NCBI GenBank assembly: GCA_040776945.1
Contig: JAXGZN010000001.1
Span: 352,001-416,000 of the forward strand
Source: Methanomassiliicoccaceae archaeon
GTDB taxonomy: Archaea; Thermoplasmatota; Thermoplasmata; Methanomassiliicoccales; Methanomassiliicoccaceae
Length of the DNA stretch: 64,000 nt
Direction: 5' to 3'
The position numbers and the translations under genes were made by a program. The notes under the pieces are model-generated. The model was not told where the DNA came from, searched no databases, and saw only the letters and a list, made by a program, of their open reading frames with translations. Shown here piece after piece: positions 29,306 to 39,561 of the stretch (the stretch's first letter is position 1; every line of letters begins with the position of its first letter).

Positions 29306-29814
29306 TGCCTATACGCGCCCTTCCGTTCCTCTTGCCCCTTCTACCCGGCAGCAAAAAGAAGGGGCTAATCAGCAAGGGGGACCACATCATCTATCAGGTG
29401 ACCGGGACCATCGGGAACAAGAAGGTCCAGGGAGCCTTGGGCATCCGGGTGGTGGCGGTCAAGGATGCCGAGTTCATCGTGGAGGTCATGCCCAAGAGCG
29501 TGCCGTTCATGAAACGGGCCCGTCTGACCTTTCCCTGGGACGGCAACGACCTCGCCGACCTTGGAGGGATCGTAGCCGGATGGTCGGTCATCCATGACGG
29601 GGAGAGGCTCGGGAAGGACAGGATCCCCACGCCCTTCGGGGAGAGGGAGGTCGAACACTACATGCGCATCGAGCAGTTGGAGAACGGCACCCTCAAGACC
29701 GACCAGTTCGTTGAACCTGTTCACCACCTACCGTTCGGTGCTCGCCTATCTGGAAAGAGCGGCGATGTGCTGTTCGGCATCTTGGAGACTAACATAGGCT
29801 GGGTGAAAGGGTAG
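29302..29814 (+). CDS. Hypothetical protein
   Basis: 170-aa ORF, 4-nt overlap with upstream gene, coding-like codon use. Confidence 0.65.
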   Translation: MMPIRALPFLLPLLPGSKKKGLISKGDHIIYQVTGTIGNKKVQGALGIRVVAVKDAEFIVEVMPKSVPFMKRARLTFPWDGNDLADLGGIVAGWSVIHDGERLGKDRIPTPFGEREVEHYMRIEQLENGTLKTDQFVEPVHHLPFGARLSGKSGDVLFGILETNIGWVKG

Positions 29815-29816
29815 GC

Positions 29817-31175
29817 CTACTTGGACCCCACGGCCTCGAAGCCGTCGAAGACAACCGAGGGGAGGACCATGTCTCCTACGGTGCGGGAGTCGCTCGCGAT
29901 CTCCACGATGTTCTTCAGCCCCTCATACATGTTCCCTACGATCAGCGCATGCTTTATCTGGCCGCTTATTGCTCCCCTGTTGACCAAGTGCGCAAGGCGG
30001 GCCTCCAGTGCGAAGGCTCCAGTGAACGGGTTGACCGTGGGGTAGGCGAACTTCTCCACGACCACGCCTTTGTCCATGGATGATATTATCTCCTCGACGG
30101 AGCGCTGCCCCGGCCTCAGCGTGAGGTTCACCGGCCGGCATCCCGGAGAGCTTTGGAACAGATACTGAGCATCGCTCGGCCCGCGCCGCATCCCGTTGCC
30201 CGATGGTGGTCTCGACGACATGCTGGAATTGTAGCTGTCGTACAGGAAGGTCCTGAGGACACCGTTCTCCACTATCTTCTTGACTGTAGTGGGCGCTCCC
30301 TCGTCGTCATAGGCCGCGGACAGCGCCCCTTGGGGGTCCGAGGGATCGTCCACCAGATCGATCTCGGGCGATGCCACGCGCTTGTCCAGGCTCGCACCCC
30401 AGGGGCTGCGCCTCTTGTTGACGCTCTCCGCACTTAGTGCGAAGGCTATCGAGGAAGATAGCATCCCGCTCAGCTCGCCCGCCGTTACCATCACCGGGGC
30501 CTTGATGGACCGGTCCATAGGCCTTGCCTCCCTTGCCTGCAGTGCCTGGCGGGCAATGTCCTCCCCCATCCGTACCGGGTCGTAGTCCCTGAGCCATGGA
30601 GAGTTGAGATTGCCGACGCCTTCTCCCGGCGCAGGTCCTTCGGCCATGGCGTCGTAGCCCGCAAAGACCAAGGTGCCTCGGTTGATGACCTCCAGTCCAT
30701 TGGTGTTCATGATGGCCATCATGGTGCTCGCTACCCTCAGTACCCCGCGAGGTACCTTCGTCCCACGATCGTTCGCCGCTCCGACCGTGGCCTTGGCCAT
30801 CTCCACTAGCACACTGACGTCTAGGTCCGCGATCCTGCCGTCCCGGGGCGGGGGCGAGAGTACGGCCTTTTCCGGCCGCGGGAAGCTGTCATAGGCGCGG
30901 GATGCCGGGGAGCGGTCAGCCAGAGACGCGGCGGCGCGGGCGCAGGCCTCCGCGTCCTCCCTACTGGCGCAGGCCGAGGAGGCTTGGGCCAGCTTCCGGC
31001 CCTTGAGCACGCGGACCGCGAGCCCCTGGTCCCCCTTCTCCTCGACGATCTTTATGCGGTCGTCGTCAACGTATACGCTCTTGGTCACCGAGGCGACGGT
31101 GAACGCCTCCGCTTGGGTTGCGCCCTCCCTTCTTGCTACGGCAAGCGCTGAGGAGGCCATCTCGATGATGTCCAT
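29817..31175 (-). CDS. pmbA: TldE/PmbA family protein
   Basis: D.GLAVRV, DDP, DDEG.PT, ENGVL.TFLYD, TGAF, GN.YE.L; lacks HExxxH. Confidence 0.88.
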   Translation of the reverse strand: MDIIEMASSALAVARREGATQAEAFTVASVTKSVYVDDDRIKIVEEKGDQGLAVRVLKGRKLAQASSACASREDAEACARAAASLADRSPASRAYDSFPRPEKAVLSPPPRDGRIADLDVSVLVEMAKATVGAANDRGTKVPRGVLRVASTMMAIMNTNGLEVINRGTLVFAGYDAMAEGPAPGEGVGNLNSPWLRDYDPVRMGEDIARQALQAREARPMDRSIKAPVMVTAGELSGMLSSSIAFALSAESVNKRRSPWGASLDKRVASPEIDLVDDPSDPQGALSAAYDDEGAPTTVKKIVENGVLRTFLYDSYNSSMSSRPPSGNGMRRGPSDAQYLFQSSPGCRPVNLTLRPGQRSVEEIISSMDKGVVVEKFAYPTVNPFTGAFALEARLAHLVNRGAISGQIKHALIVGNMYEGLKNIVEIASDSRTVGDMVLPSVVFDGFEAVGSK

Positions 31176-32552
31176 TCAGTCACCCCCAGCGATGATCTTG
31201 GAGCGGCAGTATGGGCCCCCGGATGATACCGGCACATAGTCCTCGGTGCCCTTGCCGCAATGCCCAGCATCGTGTTTTACCTTTTTTCCTACCGCGTCGG
31301 TGGTCTTTAGGATGTCCAGCGCCTTGCCGGTCAGGGTGATGGCGCGCAGAGGCTTGGTGACCTTCCCGTTCTCGATGAGGAACCCTCGATGGGCTTTGGC
31401 CTCGAAGCTTCCTCCCACCGGGTCCTCCATACCATTGACGAACTTGTCGGTCAGGATGCCGTGCTTGACGTCCTCGATCATCTCCTCCAACGTCCATTCC
31501 CCGGCCTCGAAGTAAGTATTGGTCATGCGGACCCATAACCTCCGCCCGAAGTCCTGGGCCCGGCCGTTGCCGGTCGAAGGCACTCCCATCTCCGCGCCGG
31601 TCTCCAGGTTCTGCATGTACCCACGGTATGTTCCGTTCTCGATGATGACGGTTCGCGAAGACGGCGTTCCCTCGTCATCAAAGATGATTGAGCCGTAGGC
31701 GCCCTCCAAGGTCCCGTCGTCCACCATGGTGATCTGCTCGTTGGCGACTTTCTCGCCTATCTTTCCGGTGAGGAACGACCTCCGCTTCACTATCTCGTCC
31801 GCTTCCGATGCGTGCCCCATGACCTCATGCGCCAGCAGACCGGTTATCTCCGGGTCGGAGATGCAGGTCACGAGCCCTGAGGGAGGCTTAACCGCGCCGA
31901 GCTGGACTATGGCCTCCCGCGCGGTGTGGACCCCTACCTCAGCAAGGTCGTAGCTCTGCAGCAGCTCCATGCCCTTGGTGCCGGCGATGCTCTCTCGGTA
32001 AGCCTCCATTCGGCCGCTGTCGGCGGCCACTGCATTGGCGATCAGCCTGATGCGGCCGTCCTCCCATCGGAGCAAGGAGCCGAAGGAGTTCGCCAGCGTG
32101 GTGATCCGCAGCCCCTCGGCGTACAGGGCATTGGTATTGACGATCTTGTCCGATATCTTCTGGGCCTCGTCGAGGTCCTTGACCATGGCCAGTTTTTCCT
32201 CGATCGGCACGGTGGCCGGCGGGATTCGCGCCTTAGCGCGGTAGTTCCCGGTCCTTGATGGCTGCTCCGGTATGGGCTTCCCGGGAGAACTGCCGGACCT
32301 GGCCGCCCTAACCGCCTTCCGGGCCATCTCCGCCACGCTCTTGCGGTCCATGTCGGCGGAGGCCGCGAACCCCCAAGACCCCCCGATCCTCGCCCTAAGC
32401 CCGACGCCGGCTAGGCGGCCGTTGGACATGCTTCTCAGTTCATGGTTGGACACCGCTATCGACAGCGTCCTGCTCTCTTGGTGCCGGGCGTCGCAGAACT
32501 CCGCTCCAAGGTCCTGCATCAGCCTCACGGCCTGTCGCAGCTCGTCCTCCAT
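31176..32552 (-). CDS. tldD: TldD metalloprotease
   Basis: AHEVMGHASEAD, DDEG, TGNGRA, RMTNT, CGK...VPVS.GGP. Confidence 0.92.
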   Translation of the reverse strand: MEDELRQAVRLMQDLGAEFCDARHQESRTLSIAVSNHELRSMSNGRLAGVGLRARIGGSWGFAASADMDRKSVAEMARKAVRAARSGSSPGKPIPEQPSRTGNYRAKARIPPATVPIEEKLAMVKDLDEAQKISDKIVNTNALYAEGLRITTLANSFGSLLRWEDGRIRLIANAVAADSGRMEAYRESIAGTKGMELLQSYDLAEVGVHTAREAIVQLGAVKPPSGLVTCISDPEITGLLAHEVMGHASEADEIVKRRSFLTGKIGEKVANEQITMVDDGTLEGAYGSIIFDDEGTPSSRTVIIENGTYRGYMQNLETGAEMGVPSTGNGRAQDFGRRLWVRMTNTYFEAGEWTLEEMIEDVKHGILTDKFVNGMEDPVGGSFEAKAHRGFLIENGKVTKPLRAITLTGKALDILKTTDAVGKKVKHDAGHCGKGTEDYVPVSSGGPYCRSKIIAGGD

Positions 32553-33640
32553 CAGATCACCCTCAGCTCCTTGGAGGCGTCGGTCAGCAGCTCGCATCCG
32601 TTCCTGGTGACCACGACGTCGTCCTCGATCCTTACCCCTCCCACACCAGGAACATATGTTCCAGGCTCGATGGTGAACGCCATTCCTTCCTCTAGGACCA
32701 GTTCGGAGCCGGGGGCGAGCCTTGCACCGTCATGGACGTTGATCCCGAGACTATGGCCGGTTGAGTGTATCAGCGTTCCCTTGAGCTCCGTGGAATCGAT
32801 GTATGAGCGGGCCGCCTCGTCGATCTCCCTGGCCAAGGCCCCGGGCCTAACCGCTTCGATCGCCCGCCTCTGCGCCTCCAAGACGACCTCGTACATCCTC
32901 ATCATGCGCTCATCTGCCCAGCCGGCGAAGAAGGTCCTGGTTATATCCGAACAGTATCGCCGGACCTTGCAACCGAAGTCGAACAGCGCGGCATCGCCCT
33001 CCTTCAGCCTGGTGTGGTCGGGCGAGTGGTGCGGCTCCGCGGACGGCGGCCCGAACGCGGCAATGGTCTCAAAGGACACCGAGCTGGCACCAAGTCTCTG
33101 CATTTGATAGCCGATCTCCGCCGCGGCCTCGTACTCGGCCATGCCTACCTGGACGAGGTCCGGTATCCGATCGGCCACCCGGGAGGCGATGCGACATGCT
33201 TCCCTCATCGCTTCGATCTCTACCTTGTCCTTCACCAGCCGGGCTGCGATCAATGCGCTCGCTGTATCCACGAGCTCTATGCCGGGGGCCACGGCCTTGA
33301 TCTCCTTGACCCAATGATAGGTTATGGCAGATGAATTGATGCCCAGGCGGGCAACCCCTTTCAAGGAAGAGCGCATCAGTTCCGCCCTCTCGGCGGGCGT
33401 GAAATAAGGAAGCACCTCTGCGGGAGTGGACCGGGCCGAGGTCTCCTCAAGGCGCGTGGTTATGAGCTTCATCCCCCCATCGGGATAGAGGAACGCTGAG
33501 CAGTTCTCGAACAGACCTGAAACGGCCCCGGTGGCATGGAAGAACGAGGCGTCGGCGATCGGCTCCTCGTCGTTGACAAGCATGATAGCGTCCACTGGCT
33601 CGGCGAGCTTGGAAAATATCCTGAGTACTCTGTCTTTCAT
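32552..33640 (-). CDS. pepQ: Xaa-Pro peptidase (M24 family)
   Basis: PHH, DFG...YCSDITRT, HSTGH.LG..VHD, TIEPG.Y, GVRIEDD. Confidence 0.92.
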   Translation of the reverse strand: MKDRVLRIFSKLAEPVDAIMLVNDEEPIADASFFHATGAVSGLFENCSAFLYPDGGMKLITTRLEETSARSTPAEVLPYFTPAERAELMRSSLKGVARLGINSSAITYHWVKEIKAVAPGIELVDTASALIAARLVKDKVEIEAMREACRIASRVADRIPDLVQVGMAEYEAAAEIGYQMQRLGASSVSFETIAAFGPPSAEPHHSPDHTRLKEGDAALFDFGCKVRRYCSDITRTFFAGWADERMMRMYEVVLEAQRRAIEAVRPGALAREIDEAARSYIDSTELKGTLIHSTGHSLGINVHDGARLAPGSELVLEEGMAFTIEPGTYVPGVGGVRIEDDVVVTRNGCELLTDASKELRVI

Positions 33641-33804
33641 TGGGGACACGTACCAGAGTAGGTAGTGGGAGCGAATAAACATGATGCCCTTGCACGGCCC
33701 CGGGACCGCCTATCCTGTCTGACGTATTTCTGGAGCTGCGGCCGATGCATTTCCATAGCTTGAAATATGAATAAATCCTGTAACTTAAAAAAGGGTGAAT
33801 TCAC

Positions 33805-34134
33805 ATGGTCACGCTTGGCACCGCTTTTGAAGAGTTGGACAATGAACTGGAGAGCATGCTGGACATGGTATCTGAGGCTCTCGACCTGATGGAGAAGAAC
33901 AAGAGGGAGGAAGCCATGGAGGTATTGGCCGATCTCGAGGACGCCCTCCTGGACTTCCTGGACTACGAGGAAGTGGAGGAAGAGGAGGAGGTCGTTGAGG
34001 TCATCGAGGTTCCCAAACCGGAGCCGAAGAAGGCGGCGGCGCCCAAGAAGGCTGCGGCGCCCAAGAAATCGGCGGCCCCCAAGAAGGCCGCTGCATCAGC
34101 AAAGAAGTCGGCGGCCAAGCCGAAGAAGAAGTGA
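33805..34134 (+). CDS. Small protein with acidic helical N-terminus and histone H1-like PKKAAA tail
   Basis: RBS GGGTGA, AT-rich promoter, 18-bp tandem repeats encoding PKKAAA/PKKSAA. Confidence 0.8.
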   Translation: MVTLGTAFEELDNELESMLDMVSEALDLMEKNKREEAMEVLADLEDALLDFLDYEEVEEEEEVVEVIEVPKPEPKKAAAPKKAAAPKKSAAPKKAAASAKKSAAKPKKK

Positions 34135-34136
34135 AC

Positions 34137-34163
34137 GGGCCTCTGGCCCCCTTTCTTGTTTTT
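34137..34163 (+). terminator. GC hairpin plus T-rich tract between convergent genes
   Basis: GGGCC-TCT-GGCCC followed by CCTTTCTTGTTTTT. Confidence 0.5.
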
Positions 34164-34981
34164 CAGACCCCTATCCACACATTTCCCAATATCCTCTTTA
34201 TCGCGGACACGGCGGACAGTGCCGCTAGATAGCTGGTGGACGGGGTCATAGGCGAAGGGACGTTGTTCGTCTCGCATCGCAGTTCACCGAACTCGCCTCT
34301 CACGATCAGAGTATGGGCGTTGCGCTCGGTCGACGGGTCACAGACAATGGTCACCCTGGTCTGCTCGAAGCCGACCCCCAGCAGCGATATCGTCGCCGCG
34401 ACGTTGAGGTTCTTCGGGAACTGGTTGGCGGCGTCGCGGGCATTGCCCTCGAAGACCACAGTTGCCTCGGTCAGGGCGTCGACGTCGATCCCTCTCATGG
34501 CCAGTCCGGGCGCGCCCTTCAAGCCCTTCGGCCCCTTCTTGGTGATTAGATGCACCTCGCTTATCGCCGCGGCCGAGGCCGCGTGCAGACCGTCCGTTCC
34601 GCAGGCCGCGCCCGACGGAACGTAGATGCGGGAGCGGTGCTTCTTGGCCAGGTCATAGCATCTCGTTCTGAACGCCTCATCGGCGAACACCCCGACGCTC
34701 ATCACCATGACGTCCACGCCATTCTCCAGGGCGAACGGTATGAACTTGCGGGCAGCGTCCTGACTGGCGGCCTCCACCGCCAGATCGATCTCTCCAAGCA
34801 CCTTGGCCAGCTTCCCGTTCACGTTGTCGATGTACTGGGCTTTGTGCAGGCTGCTGATGAGGTGCACGGCGAAGTCCTTGCTCTGGTCCGTGACATAGAT
34901 CCGGTCGACCTCCGGCATGTCGTGCACGGCCTTGGCCAGCACCGAGCCGATGGAGCCGCAGCCGATTATGAGTATGCGCAC
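34163..34981 (-). CDS. nadX: L-aspartate dehydrogenase
   Basis: IGCGSIG, VEAAS, MSVG, PSGA, FEG.A.DA...FPKNLNVAA, TSYLAALS; GTG start 34981. Confidence 0.93.
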   Translation of the reverse strand: MRILIIGCGSIGSVLAKAVHDMPEVDRIYVTDQSKDFAVHLISSLHKAQYIDNVNGKLAKVLGEIDLAVEAASQDAARKFIPFALENGVDVMVMSVGVFADEAFRTRCYDLAKKHRSRIYVPSGAACGTDGLHAASAAAISEVHLITKKGPKGLKGAPGLAMRGIDVDALTEATVVFEGNARDAANQFPKNLNVAATISLLGVGFEQTRVTIVCDPSTERNAHTLIVRGEFGELRCETNNVPSPMTPSTSYLAALSAVSAIKRILGNVWIGV

Positions 34982-35559
34982 GTCGCCGAGTATGCCGGGA
35001 AGGGATAAGAATTTGTTCCATCGATGCGGCCAATGATCGATCAAAAATGAGGGACAAGAGGCATGATGCCGGGCGCCCCAGCCTGTATCATCTGGGGCTT
35101 ACTGGCGTCTCACTTCATGAACCACGACCATCATCGTTTGTCGGTGGAGACCGTGTGCTCAGACCTGGCCATGGCATAGGCGATCCCTCGGTCCTCCGAT
35201 TATCATAATTTTCCCTATCGATCCTGCTCCCGCGGCGGAAGGGCAATGAGGCGGAGCGTGGGAAAACGAGACATGGTTCACAGTGAGCCTGCTGTCGCAT
35301 ATCCTTTGTACTATCGCTCATCGCTCTGAAAGCCCTTCCCGGCTTGCGAGCGGGGACCGACCTGCGTTTGGAGCTATTGCCGGTCACGCGATCACTTTGG
35401 CGAAAGCGGTGCCAGCAGCCTGTCGGCGGAAGTGAGCGTTGGACAGTGGGCATCTCCCCGCGCATCTGGACATCGCCCCCACCAGCGTCATGGTGCGAGC
35501 TCGCTCCTCAAGGCTCCCGTCGCCAATCATTTTATCCCACGCAGTCCAATGGAGCGCTG

Positions 35560-35964
35560 ATGAGATATGAGAATCTGGAGCACACCGCCGATGTGATGAT
35601 CAGGGCCTACGGGTCCACCATCTCGGAGTGCTTCGAGAACGCGGCCTTCGGGATGATGGACCAGATCCTGGACGCGGCCAGCATAGAGCCCAACATGGAG
35701 GAGAGGTTCGCGGTGGAGGGCGGGTCGATGGAGGACCTGCTGTACAACTTCCTCTCGGAGTTGCTGTTCATCTTCGACGCCAAGCGGCTGGCGCTGAGCG
35801 AGTTCCATGTCACAATGAGGGCCGGCGGACTGGATTGCCGAGCGCTCGGCGAGAGGTTCGATCAGGAAAGGCACTCGCCCAAACAGGAAATAAAGGCGGT
35901 GACCTATCATATGCTGCAGGTGAACGAGAGCGAGCCGTCGGTCACAATCCTCTTCGATGTGTGA
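35560..35964 (+). CDS. Archease
   Basis: EHTADV, F.NAA, LLY.FLSEL, EIKAVTYH, C-terminal FDV. Confidence 0.94.
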   Translation: MRYENLEHTADVMIRAYGSTISECFENAAFGMMDQILDAASIEPNMEERFAVEGGSMEDLLYNFLSELLFIFDAKRLALSEFHVTMRAGGLDCRALGERFDQERHSPKQEIKAVTYHMLQVNESEPSVTILFDV

Positions 35965-37105
35965 ACTAGCCCTACACTCAAACAGGGGCTTTTGCCTTAC
36001 CTTTGCAGGGAGCACTCGGCTGGTTTACTACTCAGCCTCTGCAATGAGGATATACCACGATGCAGGATGTTGCGAGAAGCGTTGATATCAGCGTTCAAGG
36101 AGAGGCCGCATTTTAGACATTCGAAGCGGGAGCCGTGTCTATTGGCTTTCTCCGTATGCCCGCAACAAGAGCGTTCCTGGTTGGTGTGCTTGGGGTCTGC
36201 TTGCGGGACCATCTTGTAGGCGGCTTCGGCCTTGTACTCTAGGAAGGCCCCGAATTGGTGGAACCACCGGGAGCCGATGTTCTTCTGCTGTTTCTTGCTG
36301 CTTTTACCATTCTCCCCGGTGCACTTCCGGATCTCGGTCAGGTCTTCAAGAACGAACGCTAATACCTTCCTTTCGACTAGCCTCTAGGAGAGGCAATGGT
36401 TCACATCATTCACAAACCGTCGCTCCTTTCCGCTCACCGCATAATATTCACGTTTAGCGGATCTAGTGCCTTTGGACTGGGGTTCAGATCTTTGATGCTG
36501 GTATCTCGCCTTTATGGTCCGAAGATGCTTCGAGTTGAGAACCTTTTATCGCCGGTGACCGGGGTGTTCTTAATGTCCAAGTCGCCACCGAGCATGTCTT
36601 TCTCGGTGAAGGGGAGCTTAAGCGGATCAGGTTTCTCCATCACGGCATGGACGTACATTCGGTTGCCCTTCCTGATAACGAGCGTCGCCGCTTCGCATGT
36701 CCACCTATCCGTGCACCATGCAGGGAGGCGGACCTGGAGGTCCCGCCTGCCATCAATGCTCGCTAAGGAGCCCTTCCCAGTCAGGACATTCAGCTTGAAG
36801 CATCTGGCATCATAGCGCGACGCTCGGTTCTTTCCCGGCGTCACGAGATTGTTGCCTTCGCCGTTTCTTCTGACCGACTTCCTGGTCTCTGCAACCGTAC
36901 CTCCGATGTTCAGGGTCAGTTGCGAGGGTTATCTGGAGAGCGCCTCACGCGCCTTAGCATACGCGAGCCGATGCAGTTTGAGCTTGCTGTGGCAATCGGC
37001 ATCGTATACCATGTTCGCGTAGAACGAGAATACGTCGCACCCGATGCGAATGGTTTCGAGCAGTGCCGCATCGAACTCAATGGGGCACCTGACCGTTCGT
37101 ATCAT
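35961..37105 (-). mobile_element. tnpB: Degenerate IS200/IS605-family (IS1341-like) element with tnpB pseudogene
   Basis: Fragments MIRTVR..., GDLDIKN (RuvC I), FVLEDLTEIR (RuvC II), FLEYKA, C(C)GH...FECLKCG..NADINASRNI (ZnF/RuvC III), broken by stops and frameshifts; right end AAGCCCCTG...TAGGGCTAGTTCAC at 35961. Confidence 0.88.
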
Positions 37106-37452
37106 CCATCAACAATATGCTTTAAATCAATAAACTCCTCACCAATACACTTGGTCTCATCGCCTCCGCCAGCATGGTCGCAGGCGGCCATGGTCGAGAT
37201 GCTCAGGGGAGCGTCGACCAGGATGCCGTGCGTTCGGCATCCGGAACGAAAAGACGCTTTGGAGGGGACATCTGTGGTCATCATGGCATCACATCGGAAC
37301 GGATTGTACAATCGGTGCAGAGAGCGTGCATGCTTGTGTGGAAGCTTGAAAATCGAAGGTGAAGGACTGAGGTTCGACGTGCCTGTTACGTTGACTAGGA
37401 GGAGCGCGTTCCTCCCCCGATCTAGGCCAGGAGTTTATCGCGCCAACGGAAT

Positions 37453-38418
37453 ATGAGCGCCAGGGCTTCGGCGATAGCATATCCCATACAGGGATTGATC
37501 AAGTACCACGGGTTACGGGATGAGAGGCTCCGCCTGCCGTTCCACGATTCCATCTCGGTGTGCACCGCTCCGATCCGAACACACACCACCGTGCGATTCG
37601 GCGAGGACGTGGACATCGCGCTGATAGATGGGCGCGCGGTCCCGGGGCGGGTCATGGAGCGGGTCCATGACGTGATCGACCCTCTGCGCGCCGAGGCCGG
37701 CGTTCGCACGGGCATGCGCATGGAGTCGCGGAACGACTTTCCGTCGAACATCGGGCTGGGTGCATCGGCATCGGGCTTTGCCGCGCTGGCCGTGGCGGCG
37801 ACCGCGGCTCTGGGGCTGGAAATGTCCCTGGAGGAGATCTCGAGGTTCGCCCGGCGAGGGGCCGGCTCTGCCGCGCGGGCGGTGACCGGAGGGTTCTCGA
37901 GATGGTACGCTGGCACAGGGGACAAGGATTCGATCTCGCGCGCCATCCCCTACCCTCAAGATCTCGATCTAGAGATCGTCGCCGCCCTGGTCCCAGCGCA
38001 CAAGTTCACCGACACCGCGCATCACGAGGTGCTCGGCTCCCCGTTCTTCAAGGCCCGCCTGGAGTACGTCCCTACGGTCCTGGAGAGGATGGAAAGGGCC
38101 ATCCGGGCCGGGGACGCTGAGGAGATCGGGCGCCTGGCCGAGGCTGACACCCTGCTCCTACATGGCATTACAATGACCGGCTCGGACTCTATGGTCCTCT
38201 GGCGGCCGGAGACCGTACGGGTTATCCTGGAGGTGCAGGCCATGCGGCGAGAGGGGATCCAATGCCACTTCTCTATCGACACCGGGGCGACGGTGTACGT
38301 GAACACCAATCGGAAGGACGCGGGGGCCGTCCGGAAGAGGATCGCCGCCTTGGGCCTGGAGACCATCCCCTGCACCGTTGGGGGCCCCGCTGCACTCGTC
38401 CAGGAGCATCTGTTCTAG
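37453..38418 (+). CDS. mvaD: (Di)phosphomevalonate decarboxylase, haloarchaeal PMD-like
   Basis: AYPIQGLIKYHG.RD..LRLPFHDSISVCTAP, GLGASASGFAA, FSIDTGATVY. Confidence 0.88.
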   Translation: MSARASAIAYPIQGLIKYHGLRDERLRLPFHDSISVCTAPIRTHTTVRFGEDVDIALIDGRAVPGRVMERVHDVIDPLRAEAGVRTGMRMESRNDFPSNIGLGASASGFAALAVAATAALGLEMSLEEISRFARRGAGSAARAVTGGFSRWYAGTGDKDSISRAIPYPQDLDLEIVAALVPAHKFTDTAHHEVLGSPFFKARLEYVPTVLERMERAIRAGDAEEIGRLAEADTLLLHGITMTGSDSMVLWRPETVRVILEVQAMRREGIQCHFSIDTGATVYVNTNRKDAGAVRKRIAALGLETIPCTVGGPAALVQEHLF

Positions 38419-38462
38419 CCAGGTGCCAATCTATTTATCCCCACCTTTCTTAGCTTGGCCTC

Positions 38463-39422
38463 ATGGACGTCATCGGCATCGGAGCGCTTAACGTGGACAT
38501 GTTCTACGAGGTCCCCTCCCTTGAGGTCGCTGGAACGCAGTTCGAGGCCGGAGGCGAGATCATGGACGACGGTACGCTTTTCACCAGGCTGTCCGACACC
38601 TTGTCCGGCATGCAGCCCGTGGCGCGCAGCGGGGGCGGTTCGGCCGCCAACACCGTTGTCGCTCTGGCCCGCATGGGCTACTCCGCCGGCTTTCTGGGCG
38701 TCATTGGCAAGGACGAGGAGGGGAGTTTCGTCCTGAGCTCGATGGAGGGTGTGGACGTCTCGCGGATCAAGAGGTACCAAAGGACCGGACTGTGCGTATC
38801 CCTTCTTTCAGGGGGTGAGCGGTCGCTCATGGTCATGCCCAACTCCAACGACCTGTTCTCCTTCATGCCTGAGGACATAGAGTACCTGAACTCGTCGAGG
38901 GTCGTGCACCTCAGCTCGTTCTGCAGCGACTCCGCGCTGAGGAACCAGAAGCAGATCCTGGAGCTGCTGGATGATGATGTCTTTGTCTCTTTCGCACCAG
39001 GGGAGAAATACGCCCGCCGGGGGCTGAAGCAGATCGGTGACATAATAGAGCGGTGCAGGTTCGTCTTCCTTAACCAGCGGGAGATCGGACAGCTCACCTC
39101 GCTGTCCCCCATCGACGGATGCAGGGCGCTGGTGGAAAAAGGGGCGAGGATCGTAGCGTGCACCCTGGGCGATCAAGGCTCACTGATCGTGACCAAGAAC
39201 TCGGAGATCCGTGTCCCGGTCAAGAGAGCACTGGTGGTCGACACCACTGGGGCCGGGGACGTCTACGCCGCCGGGTTCTTGGCCGGTTACCTGGACGGCG
39301 CGAACCTTGAGGCATGCGGCTCGATTGCATCGGCGGCTGCCGCGCTCAGCTTATCCTCCTACGGCCGAAGAGGATATCCAGATGAACGTTTTCTGAGACG
39401 GTTCGCAAGAGAGCTGCTTTGA
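38463..39422 (+). CDS. PfkB family carbohydrate kinase
   Basis: GGSAANT, G.IGKD..G, N..E, TLG..G, VDTTGAGDVYAAGF. Confidence 0.93.
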   Translation: MDVIGIGALNVDMFYEVPSLEVAGTQFEAGGEIMDDGTLFTRLSDTLSGMQPVARSGGGSAANTVVALARMGYSAGFLGVIGKDEEGSFVLSSMEGVDVSRIKRYQRTGLCVSLLSGGERSLMVMPNSNDLFSFMPEDIEYLNSSRVVHLSSFCSDSALRNQKQILELLDDDVFVSFAPGEKYARRGLKQIGDIIERCRFVFLNQREIGQLTSLSPIDGCRALVEKGARIVACTLGDQGSLIVTKNSEIRVPVKRALVVDTTGAGDVYAAGFLAGYLDGANLEACGSIASAAAALSLSSYGRRGYPDERFLRRFARELL

Positions 39423-39561
39423 AGGCCTGGATGGGGACGGCCGACCTTGATCGCGCATTAATAAGCATAGAGCATGAAAACAATGAATAGGAAGAACAGA
39501 GCTTTAGCCCCTGGCCTGCGCGACGAGTACCAGGCACGACGGCGCCTTTGAGGGGACCACG

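Noticed and set aside
34024-34130. 18-bp tandem repeats as a CRISPR array
   Set aside because: No spacers; they are coding repeats for PKKAAA. No CRISPR array or cas gene was seen in the window
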